Positions 27,367 to 36,152 of a stretch of DNA of 64,000 nt are shown here, one piece after another (position 1 is the first letter of the stretch; each line of letters opens with the position of its first letter). The DNA comes from a virus. Below the pieces are notes generated by a model, which saw only the letters and a list, made by a program, of their open reading frames with translations, was not told where the DNA came from and did not search any database. The position numbers were made by a program, and so were the translations under genes. The stretch is taken from IMG/VR virus record IMGVR_UViG_2902495512_000001. One strand, given 5' to 3'.

Positions 27367-28017
27367 TTATTGTTTTCCGACATAAAACGACTGGCTAATG
27401 GGTTGGGCACTAGCAATTAATTTTTGAGCCTGTTCTTTATCGGAATTATAAATTTCAGTTTGTTTTGTTAAATTCCAACCATCTTTGGACCATGGATTAT
27501 CAGTCCCTGTTTCTAGTGGTGAAGTGTTGTTGCTCCCAGTAGTAACGGCTTGCTTGCCAGTTAATAACTTTTCAGTAGCCGCTTGTACTTGGCTATCAAC
27601 ATATTTCTGCAATAATTCTAGATTATCGCTTGTAGAATCTTCGTCTGTACCCATAACCAATGGCAACATGTCAGGGCTAATCCCTTTGTCGAGTAACATT
27701 GACTTGGTCTTGTATTCCTGAATCTGAGTTGCTAATTCTTTATTTTGCTTAGCAATTTCGGCTTCACGTTGTTTACGATCAGCTTCAGCCTTTTGTTCAG
27801 CGGTCATTTTAGCCCGTTCTTCGGCCTGCTTTTGTGCATCAGCCAACTGTTGTTTAAAGTCAGCTTGCTGTTGATCAAGTTTCTTAGACCATTTAGCGTG
27901 CTGTTGACCAATTAATTCATCAATCTTAGCTTGTTGTTCATCGGTAAATGTTACCGGTTCTTCAGACTGCTTACCATCTTCAGGGTTGGTTTCTGGATTC
28001 TTTGGTTCTTCACTCAT
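27367..28017 (-). CDS. Capsid scaffolding protein (DUF4355-like)
   Basis: Acidic coiled coil, VTFTDEQQAKIDELI. Confidence 0.8.
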   Translation of the reverse strand: MSEEPKNPETNPEDGKQSEEPVTFTDEQQAKIDELIGQQHAKWSKKLDQQQADFKQQLADAQKQAEERAKMTAEQKAEADRKQREAEIAKQNKELATQIQEYKTKSMLLDKGISPDMLPLVMGTDEDSTSDNLELLQKYVDSQVQAATEKLLTGKQAVTTGSNNTSPLETGTDNPWSKDGWNLTKQTEIYNSDKEQAQKLIASAQPISQSFYVGKQ

Positions 28018-28114
28018 TAGATAACCTCCATTTAACGTCTGTCGACTTAATTCGTTTAACGCCCGTCGGCTAAAAAAATAGACCTTTTAATGCCATATCT
28101 AGGGCAATAAAATA

Positions 28115-29059
28115 TTAATTGAGTTCACTTAAGACATCTTTGTAGTCCATTTGTACTGGAATTACATTGCAATGGCAACGTGGATGTAGCGGGGGAACAT
28201 TCATTCCCACCACAGCATCTTTAATTTCAACGATCGTACCATCATGACCCTCGCAGTATTTGCAAACATGAGGATTATCACGGGTGACAATTTTTAGCTT
28301 GGTAAAGCCTAAATTGCTGTATTGCTTAGCACATTCACGTGTCTGGGTTGCTTTACTCTCAGTAACTAAGATACGCTCCATATCAGCCTTAGTTGACATG
28401 TAGCGCTTTTGCATTGCTGTTTCCCATAAATTTTCATTAGGATTAGGCTTACCAGCAACACCTAATTCTTTTGCAGTAATTTTGCTAATGGAATTAGGGT
28501 TGACATGATTTTGCATTTGGAACTTGATAATGTTATCTAAGTCAAGCGATAACTTATTGGCATGTTTAAAAATTAAATCTAACGAGGTATTTTCAGGTTC
28601 ATTCTGCGCTGTCACTCGATACAATGCACGACGTCTAAGCTGCGTATTGTACCCGCTTAACCCACTACCAGTTAGCTTAGTCACTTGTTGAACAATGTCT
28701 GCCTGCTTAGCTTGAATTAATTTGTTAACCTTTAGTCCCATGTTAGCGACATTAACGCGTGCTTGCGCTTGAGCTACATCTAAATTAGTTTTGTAAGGCA
28801 GATTATTTAATAACGTGGCTAAAACTTGCTCTTCTTCACGACTAGCACTCTGTTTTAATTCAAGCACTGCATCGGTTAACTCTTTAATATCTGCATCACT
28901 GGCATCAGCATTCCAATCAACATTATCACGCAGAAAATAAGTTAAATTCTTAACCTGGGCATGATGTGAACTTTCAATAATACTAATCAGCTGTTGGAAT
29001 ACTGGATCCTTAACATCTAAGATATTTGCCAAAGCATGAGCTAATTTATTAATGTCCAT
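28115..29059 (-). CDS. Minor head protein (SPP1 gp7 / Mu gpF-like)
   Basis: VCKYC and PPLHPRCHC motifs. Confidence 0.85.
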   Translation of the reverse strand: MDINKLAHALANILDVKDPVFQQLISIIESSHHAQVKNLTYFLRDNVDWNADASDADIKELTDAVLELKQSASREEEQVLATLLNNLPYKTNLDVAQAQARVNVANMGLKVNKLIQAKQADIVQQVTKLTGSGLSGYNTQLRRRALYRVTAQNEPENTSLDLIFKHANKLSLDLDNIIKFQMQNHVNPNSISKITAKELGVAGKPNPNENLWETAMQKRYMSTKADMERILVTESKATQTRECAKQYSNLGFTKLKIVTRDNPHVCKYCEGHDGTIVEIKDAVVGMNVPPLHPRCHCNVIPVQMDYKDVLSELN

Positions 29060-29061
29060 AA

Positions 29062-30729
29062 TCAGCCTTCCTTCGTTGTGTCCTCATCATTACTCGTTGA
29101 AGGCGTAGGAGTTGGTTTTCCAGTTGCGAATATGTTTCCCAATCCACCATCACCTTGAGCATAATTAATGCTGCCTTCATTAGCAGCTTGAGTGTCCTCT
29201 TTAACGCGTTCTGCTTCAGTATCAGCATTGATTCCAGTAATTGGTTCAGCCATGTCGCGAATAGTTTCGTCGCTGAATTTACCAGTGGCATTTAGCAACT
29301 GGATAAGTTGCGCGGTCGCATCATCATTCTTAGGCAAGTTGGGCATGAAGTTAGCTTTAACCATCGTATTCCAGTTGTCAGCACTAATTTGGTTGAGTGT
29401 TTGCCAATAACTAACACAAGCATTCAAGCGATCATGTAAACCACGTTTGAACAACGTTTCTTGCAGTTTGCGTTCTTGATCACTGCCCCAAAGTTTGTAG
29501 GACATAGCCACACCAGATGCGTTAGAAGCAAAGTTTGGGTCATTAACATTAGGCGTATTAGTATACTTGTGAATTTCGTTGATAAGAAAGTTCGTATACG
29601 TTGACCAACCGGCCGCATCATACTGCTTAGTTAAATACTTAGCGTCAGGCTGAATAATATGTTTGGCAGTGGAACCAACACCGCCACTTGCTGCGAACGG
29701 TTCTAAATACCACATGTGGTTTTTAGGATCAACATTTGGGTGAGCTGGTTCAATGATAATCGGCTGGCCATCTTGGCCTATTTTTTTATTACCATTCTCG
29801 TCCAGCAAATATTTAGGTTCTGTCATATTGGAGAACTTACCAGTCAAGACAATATTGGCATTATTGAAGTCTTCCTGGAAATCAGCCATCATTGAAACAC
29901 TCTTGTCAAGTGCATCTAGTTGGTCTAGTTCAGGCTCCCAATCGCCTAACCGTTCATCATTATTGCGATACTCGGTTAATGGAACATTGCCAAAAAAGTG
30001 CGGTAATGTATCATCTAAGACAGCATTGGCAACAGGTGAATTAGTTTGAGGTAATCCGCCCTGACTATGGAAGGTAAAAAGCTGATGATCAGTGTAAACC
30101 TCATAATGTTCTGTTAATTGATTATCTAAAATACCAGTCTGATAATAGCGAACACCAACAAGTGGCTTGTGATCGACCGTATCGTCATAGATCACAAATG
30201 CTTGTTCAGGATCAACTCGAACTAATCCTAAATCAGTCACTCCGTTTTTAACATATACGAGGTCATATGCTCGACCAGTAATTGATAAGTCCTTCGCTAG
30301 TTGCTGGTTGACATAGTCTGCATTCGTATTAGTGATAAAAGTGTCCAATACATTTTGGAACTTTTGCGCCTGGCTATCATCTACTTCATTATCATCTTGC
30401 AGCTTTAACTGAATTGGATTACCAATTAAATAGCCAACTCGAATGCTTGTCATATAACGAGCGAACGCTGCCGCAACTCGATTGTTAGCATGGTAGGGAT
30501 TGTTACTATCCACTTGGTTTTTAATTGCATTATTAGCTTGGTAGTAATCATACAAAGTTTGAAGTCTCAAAACTTGATGATTCTGATGATGGTTAATAAA
30601 CTGGTAGACAATCTTCATTAATTCTAACGGCTGTTCTGCAACTGACGTGTATGTTCCAACCGGCATCGTGTAGTCTCGGTTGGCTTCACGGTCAAAACGT
30701 CGCTTTCCATAAATACTATTAATAATCAT
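29062..30729 (-). CDS. Portal protein (SPP1 gp6-like)
   Basis: NNRV...GYLIGNPI and NASGVAMSYKL. Confidence 0.9.
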   Translation of the reverse strand: MIINSIYGKRRFDREANRDYTMPVGTYTSVAEQPLELMKIVYQFINHHQNHQVLRLQTLYDYYQANNAIKNQVDSNNPYHANNRVAAAFARYMTSIRVGYLIGNPIQLKLQDDNEVDDSQAQKFQNVLDTFITNTNADYVNQQLAKDLSITGRAYDLVYVKNGVTDLGLVRVDPEQAFVIYDDTVDHKPLVGVRYYQTGILDNQLTEHYEVYTDHQLFTFHSQGGLPQTNSPVANAVLDDTLPHFFGNVPLTEYRNNDERLGDWEPELDQLDALDKSVSMMADFQEDFNNANIVLTGKFSNMTEPKYLLDENGNKKIGQDGQPIIIEPAHPNVDPKNHMWYLEPFAASGGVGSTAKHIIQPDAKYLTKQYDAAGWSTYTNFLINEIHKYTNTPNVNDPNFASNASGVAMSYKLWGSDQERKLQETLFKRGLHDRLNACVSYWQTLNQISADNWNTMVKANFMPNLPKNDDATAQLIQLLNATGKFSDETIRDMAEPITGINADTEAERVKEDTQAANEGSINYAQGDGGLGNIFATGKPTPTPSTSNDEDTTKEG

Positions 30730-32017
30730 TCACTCCCATCTGACGACCAATCGCGTATTGTTCGTCCCATTTAACGCCTAATGATCCATCGTAATCCCCC
30801 ATATATTGGCGAACTGCATAACGTAAGGCGTCAATCGCATGGTTGTCTTGGTCTTTAGGCTTGCTTAGCGTGTTACCCATGCGATCACTATCAAAAACAT
30901 AACTGTTTAATTCACGCCACAAATTCTTGCATTTAGGGTGAACGTGAATTTGATATTGCCATAGTTGGTCAATACCAGCCTCAACCGGTGTTTTTACAAC
31001 GCTATCAGCATTGACAATTCCTAAATCGTTTAATTGAGCAGTTCTTTCAGGGCTTGCACTATCTGCGTATATCCTAGCTCGTTCATAGCCGTTAGATTTT
31101 AACCATTCAGCAACATGTGGTGTTGTTTGATGATAGGTATACATTTCATCATAAACCCATAGTTGCTTATTACGAGTATCAACAGCAACGGCCACGAAAG
31201 CGTTAGGATCATTACCAAATCCATAGTCCAGGCCAAATCCTGTTTGCCCACATTCTTGTATTTTGTCCATAGCATTAAAGTCCACTTGTTCAACGTTATC
31301 TTCAAATACTAGCCCTTCAGCTACGCCCCATTCGCCATCAACGACCGTCTTAGCGCGTCTAGGGTTAGTTTGGTATAAACTATAAAGGCGCTGCTTATAT
31401 TCGTCAGAAACGAACTCATTGCATCTGACGGTGGTCGTGCGAACAAAGGCATCATCGCGCTTCTGATCGAAAAACTCACGCTTCAGCCAGTGGTGTTCAT
31501 TCCAAGGATTAAATGTGAGCGTTACTTGATAAAAGACTTGTGGATCATTGCCACGTAACGATTCAATTACCGTTTGTAACTTGCTAAATGATTCAATTTC
31601 ATAGGCTTCTTCTACCCACAGCCAGCACAATTCACCAGTAAGGACATTAACTGAAGTTAGTTTTAACGGATCATCAAGGCCACGAAAGATAATTTTCTGG
31701 CCAGTTGGCAAGTAAGTGATTTCTGGCAATGACTCGTTATACTTAAAGTAACGCGCTAAGTGGAAGTCATTAATAGCCTTCTTGAGTTCCACAAAGGTGC
31801 TGGTCTTGTTGGTATTGGCATTGCGCCTTACAACCAAGATATTTGACCAAGGATATTTAACTAACCGGTAGATTAAATTGTGAGCGGTGGTTACCGACTT
31901 TTTCGATCCACGACTGCCTTTAATCACTCGGTAAAAGTGATGATCACGCCAGAAATCGGTATAGCCAGAACCAATTAATTGTCGTAAACTTAAATTAAAT
32001 TGTTGGGTGGTTGACAT
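30719..32017 (-). CDS. Terminase large subunit (PBSX family)
   Basis: KGSRGSKKS Walker A, WVEEA, GLDYG, NHAIDALRYA. Confidence 0.93.
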   Translation of the reverse strand: MSTTQQFNLSLRQLIGSGYTDFWRDHHFYRVIKGSRGSKKSVTTAHNLIYRLVKYPWSNILVVRRNANTNKTSTFVELKKAINDFHLARYFKYNESLPEITYLPTGQKIIFRGLDDPLKLTSVNVLTGELCWLWVEEAYEIESFSKLQTVIESLRGNDPQVFYQVTLTFNPWNEHHWLKREFFDQKRDDAFVRTTTVRCNEFVSDEYKQRLYSLYQTNPRRAKTVVDGEWGVAEGLVFEDNVEQVDFNAMDKIQECGQTGFGLDYGFGNDPNAFVAVAVDTRNKQLWVYDEMYTYHQTTPHVAEWLKSNGYERARIYADSASPERTAQLNDLGIVNADSVVKTPVEAGIDQLWQYQIHVHPKCKNLWRELNSYVFDSDRMGNTLSKPKDQDNHAIDALRYAVRQYMGDYDGSLGVKWDEQYAIGRQMGVNDY

Positions 32018-32046
32018 ATGACATCATCTCCAGGGGGGACGTTAAC

Positions 32047-32262
32047 ATGATAATAGCAATAATTATTTTATTTTTAGGCCTACCAATTTTCTTTCATATG
32101 GCATGGCGAGGTTTAAATTGGTTTGTAGATTTAATTTTGATTGCAGCAGTCATCGGTTTAATATACACAGCTTGGTGGTTTATCGTGGCGTTTGTCATAC
32201 TATTAGCCATCTCATATACAATCAAGCATTTTGTTGGCCGTCATCGGGCAAATCGTCAGTAA
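32047..32262 (+). CDS. Hydrophobic membrane protein antisense between terS and terL
   Basis: G-rich RBS at ~32032; 71 aa with two or three TM-like segments. Confidence 0.6.
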   Translation: MIIAIIILFLGLPIFFHMAWRGLNWFVDLILIAAVIGLIYTAWWFIVAFVILLAISYTIKHFVGRHRANRQ

Positions 32263-32815
32263 AGTTGATGAAAACTTGTTGGTTATCTTTACTAGATCGT
32301 TTGGCCTTGGCCTCTGCAATATCTGCATCAGCTTTAAGCTTGCGAATCTTTTGATCTTCAACATCTTTGCTATCATTTTTAAGCCGGCCACTTAGCTTAA
32401 ACCATAATTCAGCAGCGGCTACCTGCTCCTTGGTAGAAGCCGGCGTTATAGTGGTCTCATCAGTCATGTACTCCATACGCGCTTCAATCGAATCATCACC
32501 ACCCGCTACTTCTTTAGCAAGATTATCAATCTTTACATAATGACGTTCAATCTCTTTGCCAGCACTGATACGATAGATGTTTTTTAACACTTCGTCAGCT
32601 TCGTCAGACTCACGTTTTTCAACGTTGCCAGTCTTTTTAATGATATATTCATGAATTCCAGTATTTTCCAGTAATTGTTTAGTTGCGTTCCGAGCTGTAC
32701 CCTTTGCGTAGCCTGCGTTTATAGCCGATTGATAGGCGTTGTTAGTTTTGATGAATTCATTAGCAAATTTACGCTGTTTGGGCGTTAACTTTCGTTTCAT
32801 TACATACCACCACAC
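32222..32815 (-). CDS. Terminase small subunit
   Basis: KLTPKQRKFANEF...NAYQSAINAGY. Confidence 0.9.
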   Translation of the reverse strand: MWWYVMKRKLTPKQRKFANEFIKTNNAYQSAINAGYAKGTARNATKQLLENTGIHEYIIKKTGNVEKRESDEADEVLKNIYRISAGKEIERHYVKIDNLAKEVAGGDDSIEARMEYMTDETTITPASTKEQVAAAELWFKLSGRLKNDSKDVEDQKIRKLKADADIAEAKAKRSSKDNQQVFINFTDDLPDDGQQNA

Positions 32816-32847
32816 CTCCGTTAATTGGAATTAGATTGATAATCCTA

Positions 32848-33051
32848 TTATTTTTCGAGTAAACGAATCCGAATTGCCAGTACCTGTGCATAGGTTTCCA
32901 TAGCTCTTGCTTGAATACCAATGAGTTGCCGTTGTTCATCAGGAATATCTAAGTTACTGGCAGCCGGCCAAGCTTTAGCAATCTTGTCCGTCAGTTCATC
33001 GTATTCAGTGTTTAACTTTTTCAACAATACTTTGTTCATAATAATTACCAT
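32848..33051 (-). CDS. crAss001_48-like small protein
   Basis: QARAMETYAQVLAIRI motif (recalled family). Confidence 0.55.
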   Translation of the reverse strand: MVIIMNKVLLKKLNTEYDELTDKIAKAWPAASNLDIPDEQRQLIGIQARAMETYAQVLAIRIRLLEK

Positions 33052-33175
33052 CCTTTTTATTTTTATCTAAACTAAAAGCGCCATGCTGCTTAGCACGACG
33101 CTTCATCCATTTATCTAAGTGGGCATCCATCTCTGCTTCTTTTGGCGTGACGTAGCCGTATTTTGTGTTAATCAT
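33005..33175 (-). CDS. Small hypothetical phage protein (MINTKYGYV...)
   Basis: Coupled to the upstream ORF. Confidence 0.55.
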   Translation of the reverse strand: MINTKYGYVTPKEAEMDAHLDKWMKRRAKQHGAFSLDKNKKDGNYYEQSIVEKVKH

Positions 33176-33359
33176 CTTCGCCATGAGGTACCTCGTCATC
33201 GATCAGCTTAGCAAGCTGTCTCAACTCATCAAAGCTAATTGACATTGCTACACTGTCTCCACCAACATCATCGGTAGCCAATAAGAAACCACTTGATGGA
33301 TTAATTGCCAGGCTTAGTTCCTCACCAAAACCATCTTGATAATTAAAGCTTTTTTGCAT
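33168..33359 (-). CDS. Hypothetical phage protein (63 aa)
   Basis: AGGAGG RBS. Confidence 0.7.
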   Translation of the reverse strand: MQKSFNYQDGFGEELSLAINPSSGFLLATDDVGGDSVAMSISFDELRQLAKLIDDEVPHGEDD

Positions 33360-33385
33360 TGTGCTACCTCCTAATCGTATGTACT

Positions 33386-33411
33386 AAAAAAGCCTGACGA
33401 CAGCCAGGCTT
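33386..33411 (-). terminator. Terminator-like hairpin in the late leader
   Basis: AAGCCTGG-CTGTCGT-CAGGC followed by T6. Confidence 0.6.
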
Positions 33412-33663
33412 ATGTATTGTTGTCTCATAAGATGGCGATCCCGTTATTCAACAATACAATTTAATATCATACTATATTTAGTATTATTTGAGTTGCAATA
33501 CACACTATTTACTTTACTAAAAAGAGCCCAACTAAATGTCAGGCTCCTAAACACAGTCGTTATCAGAAAAACGATTATAGTTTTTGCAACCATGTTTGAT
33601 TATGTTACCACAGCGCACATGTTTCCGCATGTAATTTGGTGGCCAGATTAATTGCGCCAATTA

Positions 33664-33777
33664 TGTGCTTGGCAGGGATTTGCACCCTACATATACTGGA
33701 TTTTGTACTCTCCTACTTGTTCTTGGCTTCTTTCAACCTTAGCTTCGGATAGCGTCTACCTATTCCGCCACAAGCAC
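33664..33777 (-). ncRNA. Leu-like tRNA-like element with expanded central region
   Basis: GTGCTTG/CAAGCAC acceptor, Leu-type D arm GGCGGAATAGGTAGACGC, GTAGGG-TGCAAAT-CCCTGC T arm; ~60-nt middle. Confidence 0.7.
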
Positions 33778-33944
33778 AGCCAATGTAAACAAGACGATGG
33801 GAGTTCATGTTATGAAGTTAATTCCAAACACGACTCCAGCCACATCTCAAGCTTTCAGCAGTTTAGTGACTTGCTTGGGTCAATATGATTGGTGTGGGCC
33901 AAGTCGCGAACTTATTTCAGATTCGCAACTTCCCCTGCTAACTA

Positions 33945-34004
33945 TATCGCTGGTAGGAGTCGAACCTACATCCCATTGTGGCTTACCAATTAGCCCACAG
34001 CGAT
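33945..34004 (-). ncRNA. Anticodon-less tRNA-like element (60 nt)
   Basis: ATCGCTG/CAGCGAT, GGCT/AGCC, GTAGG-TTCGACT-CCTAC; only 10 nt between D and T arms. Confidence 0.8.
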
Positions 34005-34090
34005 ACTCACATTTAACGGCCGACGTTAAATACGAAGACTAATGCCGGCGGCAGAGAGGAGCGCATCACCCCTTATAAATCCGCCGGCTA

Positions 34091-34162
34091 CACAGATAGC
34101 TGGATTTGAACCAACATAGACAGTTTTGGAGACCGCCATCTTGCCAATTAGATCATATCTGT
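34091..34162 (-). tRNA. tRNA-Trp (CCA)
   Basis: ACAGATA/TATCTGT acceptor, anticodon loop CTCCAAA, T loop TTCAAAT. Confidence 0.88.
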
Positions 34163-34231
34163 TTAATAGACGGGCCATCATATCAACTTAATCAAGGAGG
34201 CAACACAAACTGTACATCTGTGCCCGTCTAA

Positions 34232-34304
34232 CGTAGCCTGCTGGACTCGAACCAGCGGCAAGCTGATTAACAGTCAGGCGCTCTACCAACTGAGCTAAGG
34301 CCAC
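34232..34304 (-). tRNA. tRNA-Asn (GTT)
   Basis: GTGGCCT/AGGCTAC acceptor, loop CTGTTAA; C:C mismatch at the top of the anticodon stem. Confidence 0.88.
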
Positions 34305-34396
34305 AATAATAATCAATTAGAGCTATCAGAAAAACGTTTATTGGTCGCCCTAACCAATTATCGATAATACTAATTTACCACCAATTTATTGCTATG

Positions 34397-34451
34397 GAGT
34401 CCGGCTTGAGTTCGGAAAAAGTTCGGTTAAAGTCCGGTTTGAGTTCGGTTT
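34397..34451. repeat. Five phased 11-bp repeats (RAGTYCGGNNN), likely late-activator binding site
   Basis: gagtccggctt gagttcggaaa aagttcggtta aagtccggttt gagttcggttt at the 3' end of the ArpU-like gene. Confidence 0.75.
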
Positions 34452-34888
34452 TGATAAATATTCAGGTCTTCTAGGTAATAGCTCTGCGCGAACTGTAGCA
34501 TTGCCAATGGCTTCCAACGGTCAAAATACTGAGTCTTGCTGTAGCCAATGTCCATGTAGCACATCGTGTCACTGTAACCTTGCAAATATAGCCGATCTGA
34601 TATCTCCTGGCACTCATGATCACAACGAGCCATGGCCTGAATACTCTGTCGGACAATTTGCTCAGCGTACAGGCGGCGTGTAATCCGATCCTCGGCCGAA
34701 TTACCAGCTGGGGCCGACTTAGGCATGCCATCCATGCTGGGCGATTTTAAATCAGTGACCGAATGGCCGGACGCCCGAACTGCTTGCGGTAACTTCTTAT
34801 CTAGGAAACGCCGCACCTGCTTAATTGTTTTCTCCTGGTCAATTGGTGGAAAAATTTCATCTGAAATAACTTGCTGTTCGCCCATCAT
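34427..34888 (-). CDS. ArpU/RinA-family late transcriptional activator
   Basis: LKSPSMDGMPK motif; position upstream of the packaging module. Confidence 0.8.
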   Translation of the reverse strand: MMGEQQVISDEIFPPIDQEKTIKQVRRFLDKKLPQAVRASGHSVTDLKSPSMDGMPKSAPAGNSAEDRITRRLYAEQIVRQSIQAMARCDHECQEISDRLYLQGYSDTMCYMDIGYSKTQYFDRWKPLAMLQFAQSYYLEDLNIYQNRTQTGL

Positions 34889-35200
34889 GCGCCCCTCCGC
34901 TTTCGTATGCTATAATTAACTTATTCGGAATTAGTTGTAGTGCGGTCAGCGATGGCAGCGCTTTTTTATGTTATACTTACAACGGTCATTCGAGTGGTCT
35001 GTGACTGGTCGCCTTAACAGGCGGCTTTTTGTTTACTCTCGTGATCACTCAACTCCGCAATGTCAGCAATGAAGTCCTGGCCAATTTGTGCCTGTATCCT
35101 GTTGACAAATGGTTCATCGTTCGGAAAAAGTTCCGCAATATATGACATTCCCAAACTAGCCATCCTTGATACCTGATTACTTTTGCGTATTCGGTGTCAG

Positions 35201-35650
35201 TCATTTTTCTTCCTCCACCACATATCCGTCTAGCCACGCACGAGCAAACAGATCTTGATTATCAGACGGACACAACCAACTTAATATGTCGTGGATCATA
35301 TCATGTGATCTGGCATGACTAAACAACACGATATTGCCAGATAAAGATGTTCCTATGGTAGTATTGGCACGCTTACAATCCGTAAGGTAATTTGCAACAT
35401 TTTTAGGAATCGCCGGTAGTTCGGCATACGACTTCTTGAACACATCATCTGTAATCGTCCAGTGTTCGCCATTGACGCCGGTTGCGATCCAAGAGTTAAT
35501 TTGTACTCCTACCCAGCCTTCAAGAGTATTAATTCGATAAGGGGCTACCCAGCCGCTGCCAATAGCAATATGGTATTTTTCTCTCATCTCATCGCTACCA
35601 TCGAACTGTTCAGCCTTGATAGTGGATGTTTTACGATAAACTTTAATCAT
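35201..35650 (-). CDS. DUF1642-like phage protein
   Basis: IKAEQFDGS N-terminus; DLFARAWLDGYVVE C-terminus. Confidence 0.7.
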   Translation of the reverse strand: MIKVYRKTSTIKAEQFDGSDEMREKYHIAIGSGWVAPYRINTLEGWVGVQINSWIATGVNGEHWTITDDVFKKSYAELPAIPKNVANYLTDCKRANTTIGTSLSGNIVLFSHARSHDMIHDILSWLCPSDNQDLFARAWLDGYVVEEEK

Positions 35651-35991
35651 TTGTCTGCCTCCAATAGCTCCGGGTTAGCGTGAACGTTGCCTTGTACTTT
35701 CATTTTTGAAACAGCATAGTATCCGTCAGATTCTTCAGTCCACACATGTGGATCCCACACGTTTTTTACTAAATACTTGTCTGCTTGCACAGTGCCATCA
35801 ATAGTTACTTCTAAAATATCGCCTTCATAGATATCATTACCGTTCACGTCTTTCAGCCCAGTAAACTGCTCAAGCTTAAAATCACTTGCGTCTAAGGCGT
35901 CCAAGGTCAACCCTTTCAATTCGTCATAGTCTCTAATTACCTTGCACTCGTTGTCCCACGCTCTAAACTTAATCATCGTCGCCATCTCCAA
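35647..35991 (-). CDS. YopX-family protein
   Basis: IKFRAWD, QFTGLKDVNGNDIYEGDI, GNVHANPELL. Confidence 0.9.
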   Translation of the reverse strand: MEMATMIKFRAWDNECKVIRDYDELKGLTLDALDASDFKLEQFTGLKDVNGNDIYEGDILEVTIDGTVQADKYLVKNVWDPHVWTEESDGYYAVSKMKVQGNVHANPELLEADK

Positions 35992-36150
35992 TCATCTGTT
36001 AGAACTCGATAGTTCCAGCGCTATCACAATCCATGCTGCAACACCGATAAAAGTAACCCCATGCCAAAATCCATCTAAAAAATTCCCGATAATGAGTGCC
36101 AAACAAAACAATAATGCCATTACCAAACCGATTTTATTTCTAATACTCAT
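35992..36150 (-). CDS. Small membrane protein (MSIRNKIG...)
   Basis: 52 aa, two hydrophobic segments, GGAGG RBS. Confidence 0.6.
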   Translation of the reverse strand: MSIRNKIGLVMALLFCLALIIGNFLDGFWHGVTFIGVAAWIVIALELSSSNR

Positions 36151-36152
36151 TT

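Noticed and set aside
33412-34042. Plus-strand ORFs 33412..33651, 33652..33888 and 33797..34042
   Set aside because: No RBS or protein-like character; they are antisense to the structured RNA cluster.
33400-34380. Assignment to GOLLD or ROOL RNA
   Set aside because: No diagnostic motif recognised by eye, and much of the span is explained by tRNA-like units; needs cmscan.
35014-35237. ORF 35049..35237 as a real gene
   Set aside because: Looks like a chimeric or frameshifted remnant (MTDTEYAK start, QAQIGQDFIADI in another frame); boundaries are not supportable.
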